From assembly GCA_964383765.1 (NCBI GenBank), contig CAYLHT010000003.1, forward strand, positions 6,328-70,327: a stretch of 64,000 nt of DNA. Direction: 5' to 3'. The DNA comes from an uncultured Gammaproteobacteria bacterium. Lineage in GTDB: Bacteria > Patescibacteriota > Patescibacteriia > SBBC01 > CAIJZX01. A model generated the notes under the pieces. That model saw only the letters and a program-made list of their open reading frames with translations, searched no databases and had not been told where the DNA came from. This document shows, one piece after another, positions 39,180-49,656 of the stretch (positions are counted from its first letter, which is position 1; each line of letters opens with the position of its first letter). A program made the position numbers and the translations under genes.

Positions 39180-40619
39180 TTAGAGGCTTAATGCTTTCGC
39201 CAACAACTCCTGAACAACTTTCGGGTTGGCTTTGCCTTTCGTAGCTTTCATGACCTGGCCGACGAGGAATTGGACCCCCGCGACTTTGCCAGCTTTGACT
39301 TCGGCCACGACTTTTTCGTTGGCGCTAATCACATCACCAATGATTTTCTCAAGCTCCGCGCTGTCGCTGACCTGTTCAAGTCCGAGTTCCTTGATCAGCA
39401 CATCCACCGATTCTTTCGTTTCAACCATCTTCTCGAAAATTGTGGCCGCGGCTGGGGCGTTGATTTTCCCTTGACTATGGAACCACAACAACTCTGCCAC
39501 ACCGCTGGCCGGAACGGATAAACCATTGGCCGCCCGGTGCTCGGACGAAATCTTGTTGATCAACCAATTGGCGATAGTTTGATGATCGGCCGTTTTACCA
39601 GCGCGTTCATCGTACTCACTTACAACATCCTCAAAATAGCCAGCGAGTTCTTTATCCTGCACTAATGCATCAGCCTGCTCAGGTTTGATTTTGATTTGCT
39701 TGATAAAGCGTTGTCGCCGCGCTTCCGGCAGTTCAGGAATAGCGCTGTTCAATTCTTTCAAATGTTCTTCAGAGATCACAACCGGCGGAATGTCCGGTTC
39801 AGGGAAATAGCGATAGTCAGCTGCTTCCTCCTTGGTGCGCTGTTCCACGGTTTTTTGTGAACCCTCATCCCAACCATGTGTGGATTGTTTAGCCGGCTGC
39901 TTACCGTCTTCCCATAATCCTGATTGTCGTTCCATTTCAAATTGGAGCGCCCGTTCAACCGCTTTAAATGAGTTGAGGTTCTTAATTTCCGTTTTCGGGT
40001 AGAGTTTCTGGTCGCCCGTGGGTCGCATCGACACGTTCGCATCGCACCGCAAGTGACCTTTTTCCATATCCGCGTCGGACACACCCAGGTAGCGCATGAT
40101 AAGGCGCAGTTCTTGCATATACGCCTTGGCTTCCTGCGGCGATCGGAAATCCGGTTCGCTGACGATTTCCATCAGTGGCGTTCCAGCGCGGTTTAAGTCG
40201 ATCAAGGTTTGGTTACCTTGGTGTAGTAATTTACCTGCGTCTTCTTCTAGGTGGAGTCGGTGAATCCGAAAGGTTTTTTCTTTACCATCCACCAACACCT
40301 TGACTTTTCCATCGTGCCCAAAGGGTTTGTCGTACTGGCTAATCTGGTAGCCTTTCGGGAGATCGGGATAGAAATAATGTTTGCGGTCGAAGTGTGATTG
40401 TTGGTGAATCTTGCAGTCTAGTGCTAACGCCGACATCACCGCCCAATCAATGGCCTGCTGATTGGGCAATGGCAAGGTTCCAGGCTGGCCAGTACAAATC
40501 GGGCAGATGGCAGTGTTCGGCGGCTGATCATCCCGATTGTCGCAACGACAAAACATCTTGGACTTGGTTTTGAGTTGCACGTGGACCTCCAGTCCAATGA
40601 TGGCTTCCAAGGGCTTCAT
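39180..40619 (-). CDS. gatB: Asp/Glu-tRNA(Asn/Gln) amidotransferase subunit B
   Basis: N-terminal IGLEVHVQLKTKSKMFC and a C-terminal YqeY-like tail. Confidence 0.85.
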   Translation of the reverse strand: MKPLEAIIGLEVHVQLKTKSKMFCRCDNRDDQPPNTAICPICTGQPGTLPLPNQQAIDWAVMSALALDCKIHQQSHFDRKHYFYPDLPKGYQISQYDKPFGHDGKVKVLVDGKEKTFRIHRLHLEEDAGKLLHQGNQTLIDLNRAGTPLMEIVSEPDFRSPQEAKAYMQELRLIMRYLGVSDADMEKGHLRCDANVSMRPTGDQKLYPKTEIKNLNSFKAVERALQFEMERQSGLWEDGKQPAKQSTHGWDEGSQKTVEQRTKEEAADYRYFPEPDIPPVVISEEHLKELNSAIPELPEARRQRFIKQIKIKPEQADALVQDKELAGYFEDVVSEYDERAGKTADHQTIANWLINKISSEHRAANGLSVPASGVAELLWFHSQGKINAPAAATIFEKMVETKESVDVLIKELGLEQVSDSAELEKIIGDVISANEKVVAEVKAGKVAGVQFLVGQVMKATKGKANPKVVQELLAKALSL

Positions 40620-40639
40620 GTTGCGATAGTGTACCAGCT

Positions 40640-40680
40640 TTTTTGCCCAGAAAAAAGCCCACTCTTTCGAGCGGGCAAAC
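40640..40680 (-). terminator. Probable terminator for the ThyX-like gene (hairpin GCCCGCTC-GAAA-GAGTGGGC + T6 on the minus strand)
   Basis: Read from the reverse complement. Confidence 0.5.
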
Positions 40681-40685
40681 TCACT

Positions 40686-42308
40686 TCACGAAGGCAGCTT
40701 GGCTTCCTTGGCCCGTTGATGAGCCTCAGAATCGCCGCGCGGCCAGTCGTAGTCGTTCTGATCCACGAACTGGAGCAAGTCGGAGATGCGTTCACCGTCT
40801 CGGGCAACCATCTGCCGATAGATCTCCTGGCACACCAGCCGGTAGCTGCGATGGCCTTGCGGGCCGGTCCGCAGTTCGAGTAGGTGTTGGGCTTCCCGGT
40901 CGTTGAAGCCAAAGCGACAACGGATGTTGTGACCGAGGAGCACGACATACTGTGCCGTCTCTCGGCCGAGATCGGCCGCGATGGTCGCGTACAGCGTCTC
41001 CACTCGCTTGACGCACTCGCGGACCTGCGGTTCGAAGCCGGCTTCGCGAATGTCGTTCAGCTGTTCGGTGAACCCGAGGTCGACGGTGTACAGCTGTCGT
41101 TCCTGGGTCATCATGCGGTGGCGATGGAGATCGCGGTAGATCCCGAGGTCGAGCACGAGTTCCATCTCCCAGGGATAACCGAATTCCATTGCTCGGCCGA
41201 CACGATCGCGTCGCGTCTGGCGCTGACCGATGTAGGTCTGGCGGATGTTCCGGCGTTGCACCGGCGACAATTTCCCCACCAGGTCAATCAGCTGCGCCAT
41301 TGAGTGACGGCTATACGGAAACAGCATGGCCGCCAGCTGGCCGTCTTCTCGAACATCCTGTCCGATCAGACGCACGCCCGACTCACTCGCCCAAGGCTTG
41401 ACCGCGAATAAGAGTTCGTCGGCTAGCCGTTGCATGGCTTGGCGCGTGTTCACCAGGAAGTCGCTGCGACTTGCCCGCTGAACGTAGCGCGGAATGACTC
41501 GCTTGAGCGAGGCGTGGAGCTTCGTCGCAAGTTCCTGGGCCTCTGGTTGGTCGCTCGAGTAGAGCTTCCGCAGGAGGTGCTCCAGGTTACGGCCGTTGCC
41601 GTGAATCCCGACGTTGGTGCGGGTGCACGCCGGCAGCAGGATCCGAAGCGTGTCGCAGGCCTTCGTGCGGATGTCCATCTTGTAGGTCCGTTCGAAGTCC
41701 TTGCGTTGCTCGTCGTCCTGACACTGCGCGTACCTGATCTTGCCTTCGCCGGTCCGAATCTCGTACTGAGCGTCGTCCAGCGGCTTGCGACGCCGGAAGT
41801 ACTCCTGCATCGGCTCGATCAGGTTGACGTAGGTCTGAAAGACGAAGTCCATGGTCTGCTCGAAGGCCGCAGCATGGCGTGAAGCCATGATCCGTGGTTC
41901 GCGCAGATACCGGAACCTGCCTTGGTCGTCTCGCTGATCGTAGAACACGTAGCGGGACGACTGCTCGATGAAGGCTAGCAGCCGGCAGTCCTCGACGAGC
42001 TTGGTCATGACGTTGCTGACCTCTTCCATCGAGACCCAAGCACTTTCGAGTTCCTGGACCGAGTCATCACCGTATTGGATGAGCACGCGGGTGATCAGCC
42101 CATCGGCGTGTTCTGGATCAAGCTGTCCGTCTTCGACAAATTCCTTCAGCAGTGTCTCGCGGAAGCCACCCTTGGCTCGGCTGTACCGAGCGTAGGCCGC
42201 CCCAATCATTCCTGGCATCTTCTTGGGGAAGACGATGTAGACGTCCTCGTCTGGGTCGGAGACGTACTCCTTGAGGAGCTCGCGTTGTTCTGGAGTCCAG
42301 GTGGTCAT
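40686..42308 (-). CDS. Long (540 aa) ThyX-family (FAD-dependent thymidylate synthase-like) protein, possibly a tandem/duplicated fold
   Basis: Two ThyX-like helix regions (…NGRNLEHLLRKLYS… and …HNIRCRFGFNDREAQHLLELRTG…) and an RHR motif (DLHRHRMM). Lies directly upstream of thymidylate kinase. Confidence 0.45.
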   Translation of the reverse strand: MTTWTPEQRELLKEYVSDPDEDVYIVFPKKMPGMIGAAYARYSRAKGGFRETLLKEFVEDGQLDPEHADGLITRVLIQYGDDSVQELESAWVSMEEVSNVMTKLVEDCRLLAFIEQSSRYVFYDQRDDQGRFRYLREPRIMASRHAAAFEQTMDFVFQTYVNLIEPMQEYFRRRKPLDDAQYEIRTGEGKIRYAQCQDDEQRKDFERTYKMDIRTKACDTLRILLPACTRTNVGIHGNGRNLEHLLRKLYSSDQPEAQELATKLHASLKRVIPRYVQRASRSDFLVNTRQAMQRLADELLFAVKPWASESGVRLIGQDVREDGQLAAMLFPYSRHSMAQLIDLVGKLSPVQRRNIRQTYIGQRQTRRDRVGRAMEFGYPWEMELVLDLGIYRDLHRHRMMTQERQLYTVDLGFTEQLNDIREAGFEPQVRECVKRVETLYATIAADLGRETAQYVVLLGHNIRCRFGFNDREAQHLLELRTGPQGHRSYRLVCQEIYRQMVARDGERISDLLQFVDQNDYDWPRGDSEAHQRAKEAKLPS

Positions 42309-42311
42309 GGA

Positions 42312-42992
42312 TTACCTCAATCTAGGTTTGATTATGGATACAACTAACCGATGAACTTCTCGGCGATTCAGGACTCGGTCGCCAGAGGTGCAGGCAACCA
42401 GTCTGACATCCCGACTGAACTTCGCCAGGTCCTGATAGACCCTGACCACTTGGGACTGGTAGTCCCGGTTGCGTTCATGGATATCGCGCCTCCCTCGACG
42501 GATGTACTGCCGTGCCTTCTTCTTGAACACCAACTGGCTGCTGTGTTTCGCCGGCATGATCAAAACCACGTTGTAGTCGGGCCGCGGCAGTCGTAGCAAA
42601 CCGAATTCGAAGTCAAGCACCCAGCGCCAGAATTTCTTCCTGGCGGCCAGACTGCGAAGTTTGGCACCGCCGTGAGCCAAGTTCGAAATAGTGTACCGGT
42701 CGGCAATCACAACCGCGCCTGAGCTCAACCAGTCTACGATCTTCGCCCGGGCTGCGAGACGATCAACGGCATACAGAACCGAGCCTCGATAGGGACCGAC
42801 ATCGTAGAGATCGCCATATTTTCCGTTTAGGTAATCCTCGACCGGACCGGCCGATTTTGTACCGTATTGCGGAAAAGCGATCGTGTGTACTTTGTGTCCC
42901 GATCGACGCAAGGCAAGCGCTAGAAGCCGCGTCTGGGTGGCTTTTCCTGATCCGTCTGTTCCCTCAAAAGCTATGAACAGTCCACGTTTCAT
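42312..42992 (-). CDS. tmk: Thymidylate kinase
   Basis: FIAFEGTDGSGKATQ P-loop. Confidence 0.85.
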   Translation of the reverse strand: MKRGLFIAFEGTDGSGKATQTRLLALALRRSGHKVHTIAFPQYGTKSAGPVEDYLNGKYGDLYDVGPYRGSVLYAVDRLAARAKIVDWLSSGAVVIADRYTISNLAHGGAKLRSLAARKKFWRWVLDFEFGLLRLPRPDYNVVLIMPAKHSSQLVFKKKARQYIRRGRRDIHERNRDYQSQVVRVYQDLAKFSRDVRLVACTSGDRVLNRREVHRLVVSIIKPRLR

Positions 42993-43101
42993 AGGAGTCT
43001 CCCGCGTCAGAAATATCGAATGTCAAAGGGCTTGTTGTTGCCAAGCCCTTCCTTCTTGGTCCGGATCACTGTAGCAGACATAGGGTGACCCGAGCAAACC
43101 A

Positions 43102-43779
43102 TTAGATTGCGAGCTTAATCCCCGGCCCCATGGTTGAGGTCAGAGTGACCGAACGCAAGTACGTGCCTTTCGTCTCACTCGGTTTGGCCTTTTTGACCGC
43201 TTCCATGTAGGCCTCAATGTTGGCTTTCAATTGGTCCGGTGCAAAAGACGCTTTGCCAACAACTTGGTGCAGGTTCGCAGTGTCATCCATTCGAAAGGTG
43301 ATTTTCCCGCTCCGCAGCGCGGTCACGATCTTAGCTGGATCCGGATTGACGGTTTCATTCTTCGGGTTTGGCATTAAGCCTTTGGTGCCAAGGGTTTTGG
43401 CAATCGGCGCTAAGGCTTTCATCATGTCCGGCGACGCGACTGCGACATCAAAATCGGTTTTCTGGGTTTTCTTGATCTCAGCCACCAAGTCATCATCACC
43501 GACGATGTCGGCCCCGGCTTCTTTCGCGGCTTTGGCGGCCGCGCCCTTGGCAAACACAGCAATGGTGAGTTTTTTCCCAGTGCCATGGGGCAATTGAGCG
43601 GTGCCGCGGACCAATTGGTCAGCTTGTTTTGGATCCACGCCTAAATGCACGTGGACTTCCACACTGCCGTCGAACTTGGTGGTCGAGGCTTGCTTGATCA
43701 GGTTGACAGCCTCGTCGATGGGATAGGCCTTGGTGCGGTCAACCAGTTGTTGAGCGGCGCGATAACGTTTACTACGCAT
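43102..43779 (-). CDS. rplA: 50S ribosomal protein L1
   Basis: Translation matches L1 throughout (…VHVHLGVDPKQADQ…). Confidence 0.9.
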   Translation of the reverse strand: MRSKRYRAAQQLVDRTKAYPIDEAVNLIKQASTTKFDGSVEVHVHLGVDPKQADQLVRGTAQLPHGTGKKLTIAVFAKGAAAKAAKEAGADIVGDDDLVAEIKKTQKTDFDVAVASPDMMKALAPIAKTLGTKGLMPNPKNETVNPDPAKIVTALRSGKITFRMDDTANLHQVVGKASFAPDQLKANIEAYMEAVKKAKPSETKGTYLRSVTLTSTMGPGIKLAI

Positions 43780-43831
43780 ACAGAGTCTCCTTCGTGGTCA
43801 TGTCCGCGACCTGCTGCGCGGTGCCACAAAG

Positions 43832-44833
43832 TTAAGAAATAGAAGCAGGTGAATTTGGTTTTGGTTCGGACGATTCTTTACGAATGGAGGTGAAATGATA
43901 CAGGAAGAGCGGCAAACCGACGAGCACGAACGGAATCGTCGTTGCCAATTCAGCCGAATATTGACCTGTGTTTGTGGTTTGCGCGTCTTGGTATTTTGCA
44001 TTATCGGCTACCCATTGATTGGCAAGCGAAACTTCCTCAGCCGAAAAACCACACTTGTCTTTGCAAGCTAACAAACTTTTCACACCGTAATCGGAGCTGG
44101 TAGGTCCATCAATCGCCGGTTGAACGATAGGGACTGAAGTATCTGAACCGGTTTTTAACCAAACTTGTAAACCATCGTTAATAATCACCCCGCTCGCCAC
44201 CACCGCCATGACCAGCCCAGCGAAGGCGACGCCATAAAAGTACAAGGAATTGAGCGGGCTCGGCTTGTTGCCGTCAGCGCGTCGGCCCTTCCGCATCAGG
44301 CGCGAGAACACGAGGTAGAGCGGTAAGCCAATGATGAAGAACCCGAGCGATGTCGCCAAGCTACGCCGCGTGGCTAAGGACAGACCCTGTTGTTTTTGCC
44401 ATTGTTTGTAGTTCGTCACCCATAACCCAACTTGGGTTTTATCATAGGCGGTAAACTGGCAATCCTTTGAACACTGATAAACGCTCGGTAGGGTCGTGGT
44501 GGGTCCAGGCGCCGCCACGCTGGTTCCCTCTTTCAACGGGAGGGCGATAGCGCCTTGGCTTGGTAAGTAGAGTTGCGGTGGGCCGGAGTAGCGTTGCTGA
44601 TAGAGGTCAGCCGATTTGAAAATATATTGACGAAAACCAGTATTCAACAGGGCCACCGTTGCTCCGACAGTCATGGTCAACATCACCAACGATACAATCG
44701 TATAGAACGCTAACCGAAACCCACCACGGTGTTCGCTGCGATTCTCTTGAACCACGGCCACGATGAACAGCACCAGTGATCCGGCCGAGCCGATAAAGAG
44801 GAAGGGAAGGATCACGCCTTGCCAGTTGTTCAT
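43832..44833 (-). CDS. Hypothetical membrane protein with two repeated Cys-motif modules (CSKDCQF... / CKDKCGF...), inserted between rplK and rplA
   Basis: ORF with N- and C-terminal TM segments and an internal duplicated module. Confidence 0.4.
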   Translation of the reverse strand: MNNWQGVILPFLFIGSAGSLVLFIVAVVQENRSEHRGGFRLAFYTIVSLVMLTMTVGATVALLNTGFRQYIFKSADLYQQRYSGPPQLYLPSQGAIALPLKEGTSVAAPGPTTTLPSVYQCSKDCQFTAYDKTQVGLWVTNYKQWQKQQGLSLATRRSLATSLGFFIIGLPLYLVFSRLMRKGRRADGNKPSPLNSLYFYGVAFAGLVMAVVASGVIINDGLQVWLKTGSDTSVPIVQPAIDGPTSSDYGVKSLLACKDKCGFSAEEVSLANQWVADNAKYQDAQTTNTGQYSAELATTIPFVLVGLPLFLYHFTSIRKESSEPKPNSPASIS

Positions 44834-44840
44834 GCGACCA

Positions 44841-45263
44841 TTATTCCACCGTCAAACCCATTTGTCGAGCTGTGCCTTCGATAATCCGCATCGCGCCTTC
44901 AATATCCTTGGCGTTCAAGTCCGGCATTTTCTGTTCGGCGATGGCTTTGACTTGCGCTTTCGTGACTTTGCCAATCTTGTTGCGCAACGGATCGCCGCTC
45001 CCCTTTTCAAGTTTGGCGGCTTTTAGCAATAACACTGAGGCAGGCGGCGTTTTGAGGATAAACGAATAGGTTCGGTCTTCGTAAATCGTCAGTTCCACCG
45101 GCGTCGTTTCGCCATTGCGGTCTTTCGAAGCATCGTTGAATTTCTTAACGAACTCAGCGATGTTGACGCCGTGCGGTCCTAAAGCAGTACCGACTGGCGG
45201 CGCCGGAGTAGCTTTCCCACCCGGGATTTGTAACTTCAGAACAACTTTAATCTTCTTGGCCAT
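44841..45263 (-). CDS. rplK: 50S ribosomal protein L11
   Basis: [22 protein letters not shown] motif. Confidence 0.9.
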   Translation of the reverse strand: MAKKIKVVLKLQIPGGKATPAPPVGTALGPHGVNIAEFVKKFNDASKDRNGETTPVELTIYEDRTYSFILKTPPASVLLLKAAKLEKGSGDPLRNKIGKVTKAQVKAIAEQKMPDLNAKDIEGAMRIIEGTARQMGLTVE

Positions 45264-45267
45264 ACAA

Positions 45268-45813
45268 TTACAACTTCTTAATCTGCAAGAAATCTAATTC
45301 CACTGGAGTTTCGCGACCGAACATCGAGACTAACACTTTCACCTTACCGCGACCCTCGTCCACTTCCGCGACTTTACCTTCAAATTCTTTGAACGGACCA
45401 TCGGTGATGCGTACGGCCGTCCCGGACTCGACATCGATCTTATACTTTGGTTCTTCGACGCCCATGCGTTGCAATAAGGCTTTAACTTCTTCTTCTGAAA
45501 TCGGCGTCGGGGTCGTGCCGGAGCCGACGAAGCCGGTGACGTTCGGCGTGTTACGCACGACGTACCACGAATCATCGGTCACGATCATTTCGACTAAGAC
45601 GTAGCCCGGGAAAATTTTCTCGGTTACGATCTTGCGTTTACCATTCTTGATGCGGATCCGATTTTCGGTCGGCACCAAGACCGTGAAAATCTTATCTTCC
45701 ATGTCCATGGACTCGATACGCTGTCGTAAATTGCGAGCCACGTTATCTTCATAGCCGGAATACGTGTGGAGGACGTACCAGCGCTTACCTTGTTGGAGGA
45801 CTTGTTTGGCCAT
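45268..45813 (-). CDS. nusG: Transcription termination/antitermination factor NusG
   Basis: NGN plus KOW domains ([11 protein letters not shown]...). Confidence 0.85.
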   Translation of the reverse strand: MAKQVLQQGKRWYVLHTYSGYEDNVARNLRQRIESMDMEDKIFTVLVPTENRIRIKNGKRKIVTEKIFPGYVLVEMIVTDDSWYVVRNTPNVTGFVGSGTTPTPISEEEVKALLQRMGVEEPKYKIDVESGTAVRITDGPFKEFEGKVAEVDEGRGKVKVLVSMFGRETPVELDFLQIKKL

Positions 45814-45815
45814 AG

Positions 45816-45998
45816 CTAAATAAACTTTCCTAACAAATACCCGAAACCAATATCGAGGAGGCCCAGGAACAGCGCTAGAAATAGGCTAATCCCGATCACT
45901 AAGAGCGTGTTACTGCGAGTTTCCGGCCAAGTCGGCCAAGCGACTTTCTTGAGTTCGTCGCGGGATTGGCGGAAATAGCCCAGAATTGAGTTAGCCAC
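45816..45998 (-). CDS. secE: Preprotein translocase subunit SecE
   Basis: 60 aa with a single C-terminal TM, ELKKVAWPTW motif, and a position immediately upstream of nusG. Confidence 0.75.
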   Translation of the reverse strand: MANSILGYFRQSRDELKKVAWPTWPETRSNTLLVIGISLFLALFLGLLDIGFGYLLGKFI

Positions 45999-46109
45999 GA
46001 AGTGTAATCAGTTCTAAAAAGCCCGGTTCGGGCGGTGATGGGGATACTATACGGTAACATCTGCCACTCGTCAAGAGCGCTTGAAATCATAGCTTAGGTA
46101 TGTTAATAC

Positions 46110-46826
46110 GTGGCTACCGCTCCGTATGGACGGGAAACCCTGGCACTGGACCAGGTTGGTACCTTAGCCTCACGGGGGTTCGATATGAAACCCGAAACGT
46201 GGACGTGGTCAAACAGCGACCGGGCACTCGAAGGTAAATGGTTGGAAATCAGACCCGGCCGCGGGCCAAGCCGGCTTGATCTGGCCCAACCCATTCTTTA
46301 TCCCAGAAATGGGGTCGACCGCCTAACCAGGGACGAAGTCTCGTTCCACATCGATTACAACGGTCTTGATCTATGTGTGATCATGCACTCGCCTCGGCTT
46401 GATCACGGGAAACCCGACGCGATGAAGGTGGAAGGCAGGGGGCGTGTACTTCTCTTTCGATCCGATTCGACTTTGAACGGGAACTGTTCCTTGGTTCGGG
46501 TTCGCTCCTACAATCCCTATGAACGAACCGGAGAAATACAGTTCTACCTTCAACCAGAGTTCAGCTCACCAAGGACTTGGGAGATTCTTTCGCTGGACGG
46601 CGGCGTACTGAACAAAGGCAAGGGTACAACAGTCCTACTGTTTGACTCGAGGGAGCAGTCGCTCACGGGTGGCCGGTTGTACCTGTTCACACCGACCGGA
46701 CGTAAGGGAGTGAAGACTCTCGGAGATGGCGTCCTGAGGGAGATGGATCATTGCGCTAATGTGACCGTCCAAGTGATCAAGGGCGGTGGGATCTCTCGCC
46801 TCGGAACGCTGCGTGAGATACGGTAA
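46110..46826 (+). CDS. Hypothetical protein (238 aa) with a GTG start, no SD and atypical AGR-rich codon usage
   Basis: A 717-nt stop-free frame that fills the whole gap between secE and the MFS gene. Eight AGA/AGG codons, unlike neighbouring genes. Confidence 0.4.
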   Translation: MATAPYGRETLALDQVGTLASRGFDMKPETWTWSNSDRALEGKWLEIRPGRGPSRLDLAQPILYPRNGVDRLTRDEVSFHIDYNGLDLCVIMHSPRLDHGKPDAMKVEGRGRVLLFRSDSTLNGNCSLVRVRSYNPYERTGEIQFYLQPEFSSPRTWEILSLDGGVLNKGKGTTVLLFDSREQSLTGGRLYLFTPTGRKGVKTLGDGVLREMDHCANVTVQVIKGGGISRLGTLREIR

Positions 46827-46859
46827 GTAGTGGTCGGCTGGCTCGCCAGCCGATTTTTC

Positions 46860-48539
46860 TTAGAGCACCGTCGGCTCATCCTTGGCGGGCATCACGCCCT
46901 CCTCAATCGCCAATTCTTCACCCGCGGCTTCACCCGGACGTTCAGCATGAGTTTTGCGGAGTGGAATTTCTTTGAGCCAGAGGGAGATGAAAAATCCAAC
47001 CGCCACGACGATGCCTGAGATCAGGAATAGCTCGGTGACCGAGGTCGAGAAGGCCGATTGAGCCTTCGACACGAATCCATGAAAAGCACTCAGGGCTTGG
47101 TCATGCGCCGGTCCAGAAATCGTTGCTAACTTGGCTTCGATGTGTTGCCGACCGCTACCGGTCAAGACGCCTTGCAGCTGGTTGGCGTCGACCTTGGCTA
47201 GGTTAGCTCCCGGAGCAAACTTTTTGGACAAGGCCACAAATGGATCGCGTTCCAAGTTACCGAGTTGACTGGCCAGTTTCGAGTTGAGAATTCCACCCAG
47301 GACCGCGGTGCCCACGGTCGCGCCAATACTGCGAAACAACTGGGTTGAAGCGGTGGCAATCCCGAGCTTGGCATGTTCAAACGCATTCTGGACGGCCAAG
47401 GTGAAGATCGGCAAACTCATCCCAATCCCCAGCCCGGTCAAAACCATGCGCCAGATTAATCCAAAGTGGGAAGTGGTTGGCGTCATGCGCGACATCAGGA
47501 TCAACGCCACCGCGGCGACACCCAAGCCGACCACCACTAACCACTTGTAGCGCCCAGTTCGGGCAGTAATTTGACCTGCAGCCACGCTGGCAAAGACTAA
47601 ACCAAGCATCATCGGGGTTAAGAGCGTCCCTGAGTTCGTCGCCGACACGCCCAAAACCAGTTGAGCAAAAACCGGAATGTACAATATCGATCCGAACATC
47701 CCAACACCGACAATAAACAAACACATCATCGAAACAGTGAAGATCCGATTCTGGAAGAGTGTCAGCGGTAAGATCGGCTCGGCCGCTCGCCGCTCCACCA
47801 GAGTGAAGCTGGTTAAGGCAACCGCCGCGGCCGCCAATAATGTCAGAATCGTGCTTGAGCCCCAGGCATACTGCGAACCGCCCCAAATAAACGCGAGCAG
47901 CAAGCTTGAGAGTCCAGCCGTCAGTAAAATCGATCCCAGGTAATCAATTTTCTTGTTCTTAATATCTGGAATGATTCTGGGCATCCAGGCCGCAATCGCG
48001 ATCAAGGCTAAGATCCCAATCGGAATGTTGATGTAGAATGTCCAGCGCCAGGAAGCGTGATCCGTCAGCCAGCCGCCAAGCGTTGGGCCGATGACCGAGG
48101 CAATGCCAAAAGCGGCGCCGAGCAACCCTTGCCAGCGTCCCCGTTCAGCCGGCGGGAACAAATCACCGATCACCGCAAAGGCGTTGGCAAATATCGCGCC
48201 GCCGCCGAGCCCTTGAATCGCCCGGTAGATGATGAGTTGGAGCATGCTGTGGGCCGAGCCGCTCAGGATCGAACCAACGATGAAGACTGCAATCGCTGAC
48301 AAAATAAACTGCTTGCGACCGTAGAGGTCAGATAGTTTTCCGTACAGCGGCACAATCACCGTCGACGCGAGCAAATAGGCCGCGATGACCCAGCTCAAAT
48401 GTTCTAACCCTTGGAAGTCTTGGACGATCCGAGGGAGAGCCGTGGCGACAATGGTTTGGTCCAAGGCCGCCAAGAGCAACGCTAACATCACCCCGATCAT
48501 GACCAGGATCTTCTGGCGACGCGAGATATTGGCTAGCAT
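46860..48539 (-). CDS. MFS transporter, DHA2 (EmrB/QacA-like, 14-TMS) family
   Basis: 559 aa, about 14 hydrophobic helices and MFS motif-like regions. Confidence 0.8.
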   Translation of the reverse strand: MLANISRRQKILVMIGVMLALLLAALDQTIVATALPRIVQDFQGLEHLSWVIAAYLLASTVIVPLYGKLSDLYGRKQFILSAIAVFIVGSILSGSAHSMLQLIIYRAIQGLGGGAIFANAFAVIGDLFPPAERGRWQGLLGAAFGIASVIGPTLGGWLTDHASWRWTFYINIPIGILALIAIAAWMPRIIPDIKNKKIDYLGSILLTAGLSSLLLAFIWGGSQYAWGSSTILTLLAAAAVALTSFTLVERRAAEPILPLTLFQNRIFTVSMMCLFIVGVGMFGSILYIPVFAQLVLGVSATNSGTLLTPMMLGLVFASVAAGQITARTGRYKWLVVVGLGVAAVALILMSRMTPTTSHFGLIWRMVLTGLGIGMSLPIFTLAVQNAFEHAKLGIATASTQLFRSIGATVGTAVLGGILNSKLASQLGNLERDPFVALSKKFAPGANLAKVDANQLQGVLTGSGRQHIEAKLATISGPAHDQALSAFHGFVSKAQSAFSTSVTELFLISGIVVAVGFFISLWLKEIPLRKTHAERPGEAAGEELAIEEGVMPAKDEPTVL

Positions 48540-48540
48540 A

Positions 48541-49656
48541 CTACTGTCGCTTTTCTTCGAAGCCGAATGTTAAGTTCGCGGTGAAAATCAACACCACGGC
48601 CCAAGCCAACATCCAGTACAAGTCACGGCTAATATTGGAGATGGTCGCTCCGTTGGCGACGACTTCACGCATGCTGTGCGCAAAATGCTGGAGCGGTAGA
48701 TAACTCACGATTTTCTGCAGCCAATCGGGCATGGCATTCGTCGGGAAGAACACACCGGACAGGAACAACATCGGGAAGACAATCAGGTTAGCAATGGCTG
48801 GGACCGCATCCACCGTCTTGGCCATGCCGGAAATGGTGAAACCAAGACCAAGAAACATCACCCCGCCCAGCAAGGAAATCAGGAAAATCAACCACCAGGC
48901 GCCGTAGACGTGCGAGTGGAACACCAAGATCCCGACTCCAAGGAGCGAAATTGTTTGGAACAACGCCATAATCAAGCGCGTGATGACGTTGGCCGTCACG
49001 AACTGGTAGGGCTTCATCGGCGTGGCGATTAAGCGCTTCAAAATTCCGCGTTCTTTGTAGTCGGTGAACACGAATCCGACCGAGAACACGGCCATTTGCA
49101 TGATCGACATAGCCACGATACCGGGTAATAGGAAGTCAATGTATTTGGCGCGCTTGGCACTGACATCCTGAACGTCGAGCTTGAAAAGATTCGGTGCCTT
49201 GGCAACCTGCAGCGTGGTCTTGTCGAGAATCTGCGTCATGATTGAAATGGCCGTGCCGGCCAGTTGTTCCTGGCTGACGTTTTTCAGTACCGTGATGGTC
49301 TGCGGGGTAACTGTTTTCGCGCCTGACACCGGGAACAAATGATCTGGGACGAGCAATACAACGACGCGATCACCTTTGTTCAACGCCACTTTCTCATCGT
49401 TCACGTTTCCACGCGTCGTCTTGAAGGCATCAAATTTTCCCAACGTTTGAATGAAGGCTTCGGTTGGTTGATCGGGGTGATTCGCGACAATGCCAACATT
49501 AATTTTCGGTACTTTATCGAATCCGATCAAGCCGAAGATGCCGATAAAGATGAACGGCATGATCAAGGTGAAAAACAACGCTTGCCGGTTTCGGAAGAAC
49601 ATCTTGAGCGTTGACTGGGTTAAGGTGGCAGTGGTGTTTACAGACATATCATTCAC
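48541..49656 (-). CDS. ABC-2 type transporter permease
   Basis: Six TM helices in the C-terminal half, typical of ABC-2 permeases. Confidence 0.75.
   Translation of the reverse strand: MNDMSVNTTATLTQSTLKMFFRNRQALFFTLIMPFIFIGIFGLIGFDKVPKINVGIVANHPDQPTEAFIQTLGKFDAFKTTRGNVNDEKVALNKGDRVVVLLVPDHLFPVSGAKTVTPQTITVLKNVSQEQLAGTAISIMTQILDKTTLQVAKAPNLFKLDVQDVSAKRAKYIDFLLPGIVAMSIMQMAVFSVGFVFTDYKERGILKRLIATPMKPYQFVTANVITRLIMALFQTISLLGVGILVFHSHVYGAWWLIFLISLLGGVMFLGLGFTISGMAKTVDAVPAIANLIVFPMLFLSGVFFPTNAMPDWLQKIVSYLPLQHFAHSMREVVANGATISNISRDLYWMLAWAVVLIFTANLTFGFEEKRQ

Noticed and set aside
46000-46830. Possibility that the secE-MFS gap encodes a large ncRNA (RNase P RNA, group II intron, tmRNA)
   Set aside because: No RNase P P4 motifs (GGAAAGUCCGG / ACAGAACCCGGCUUA), no group II domain V and no tRNA-like end. 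A single 717-nt stop-free frame spans it, which is very unlikely by chance at this GC content. It is therefore kept as a protein-coding ORF with odd codon usage.
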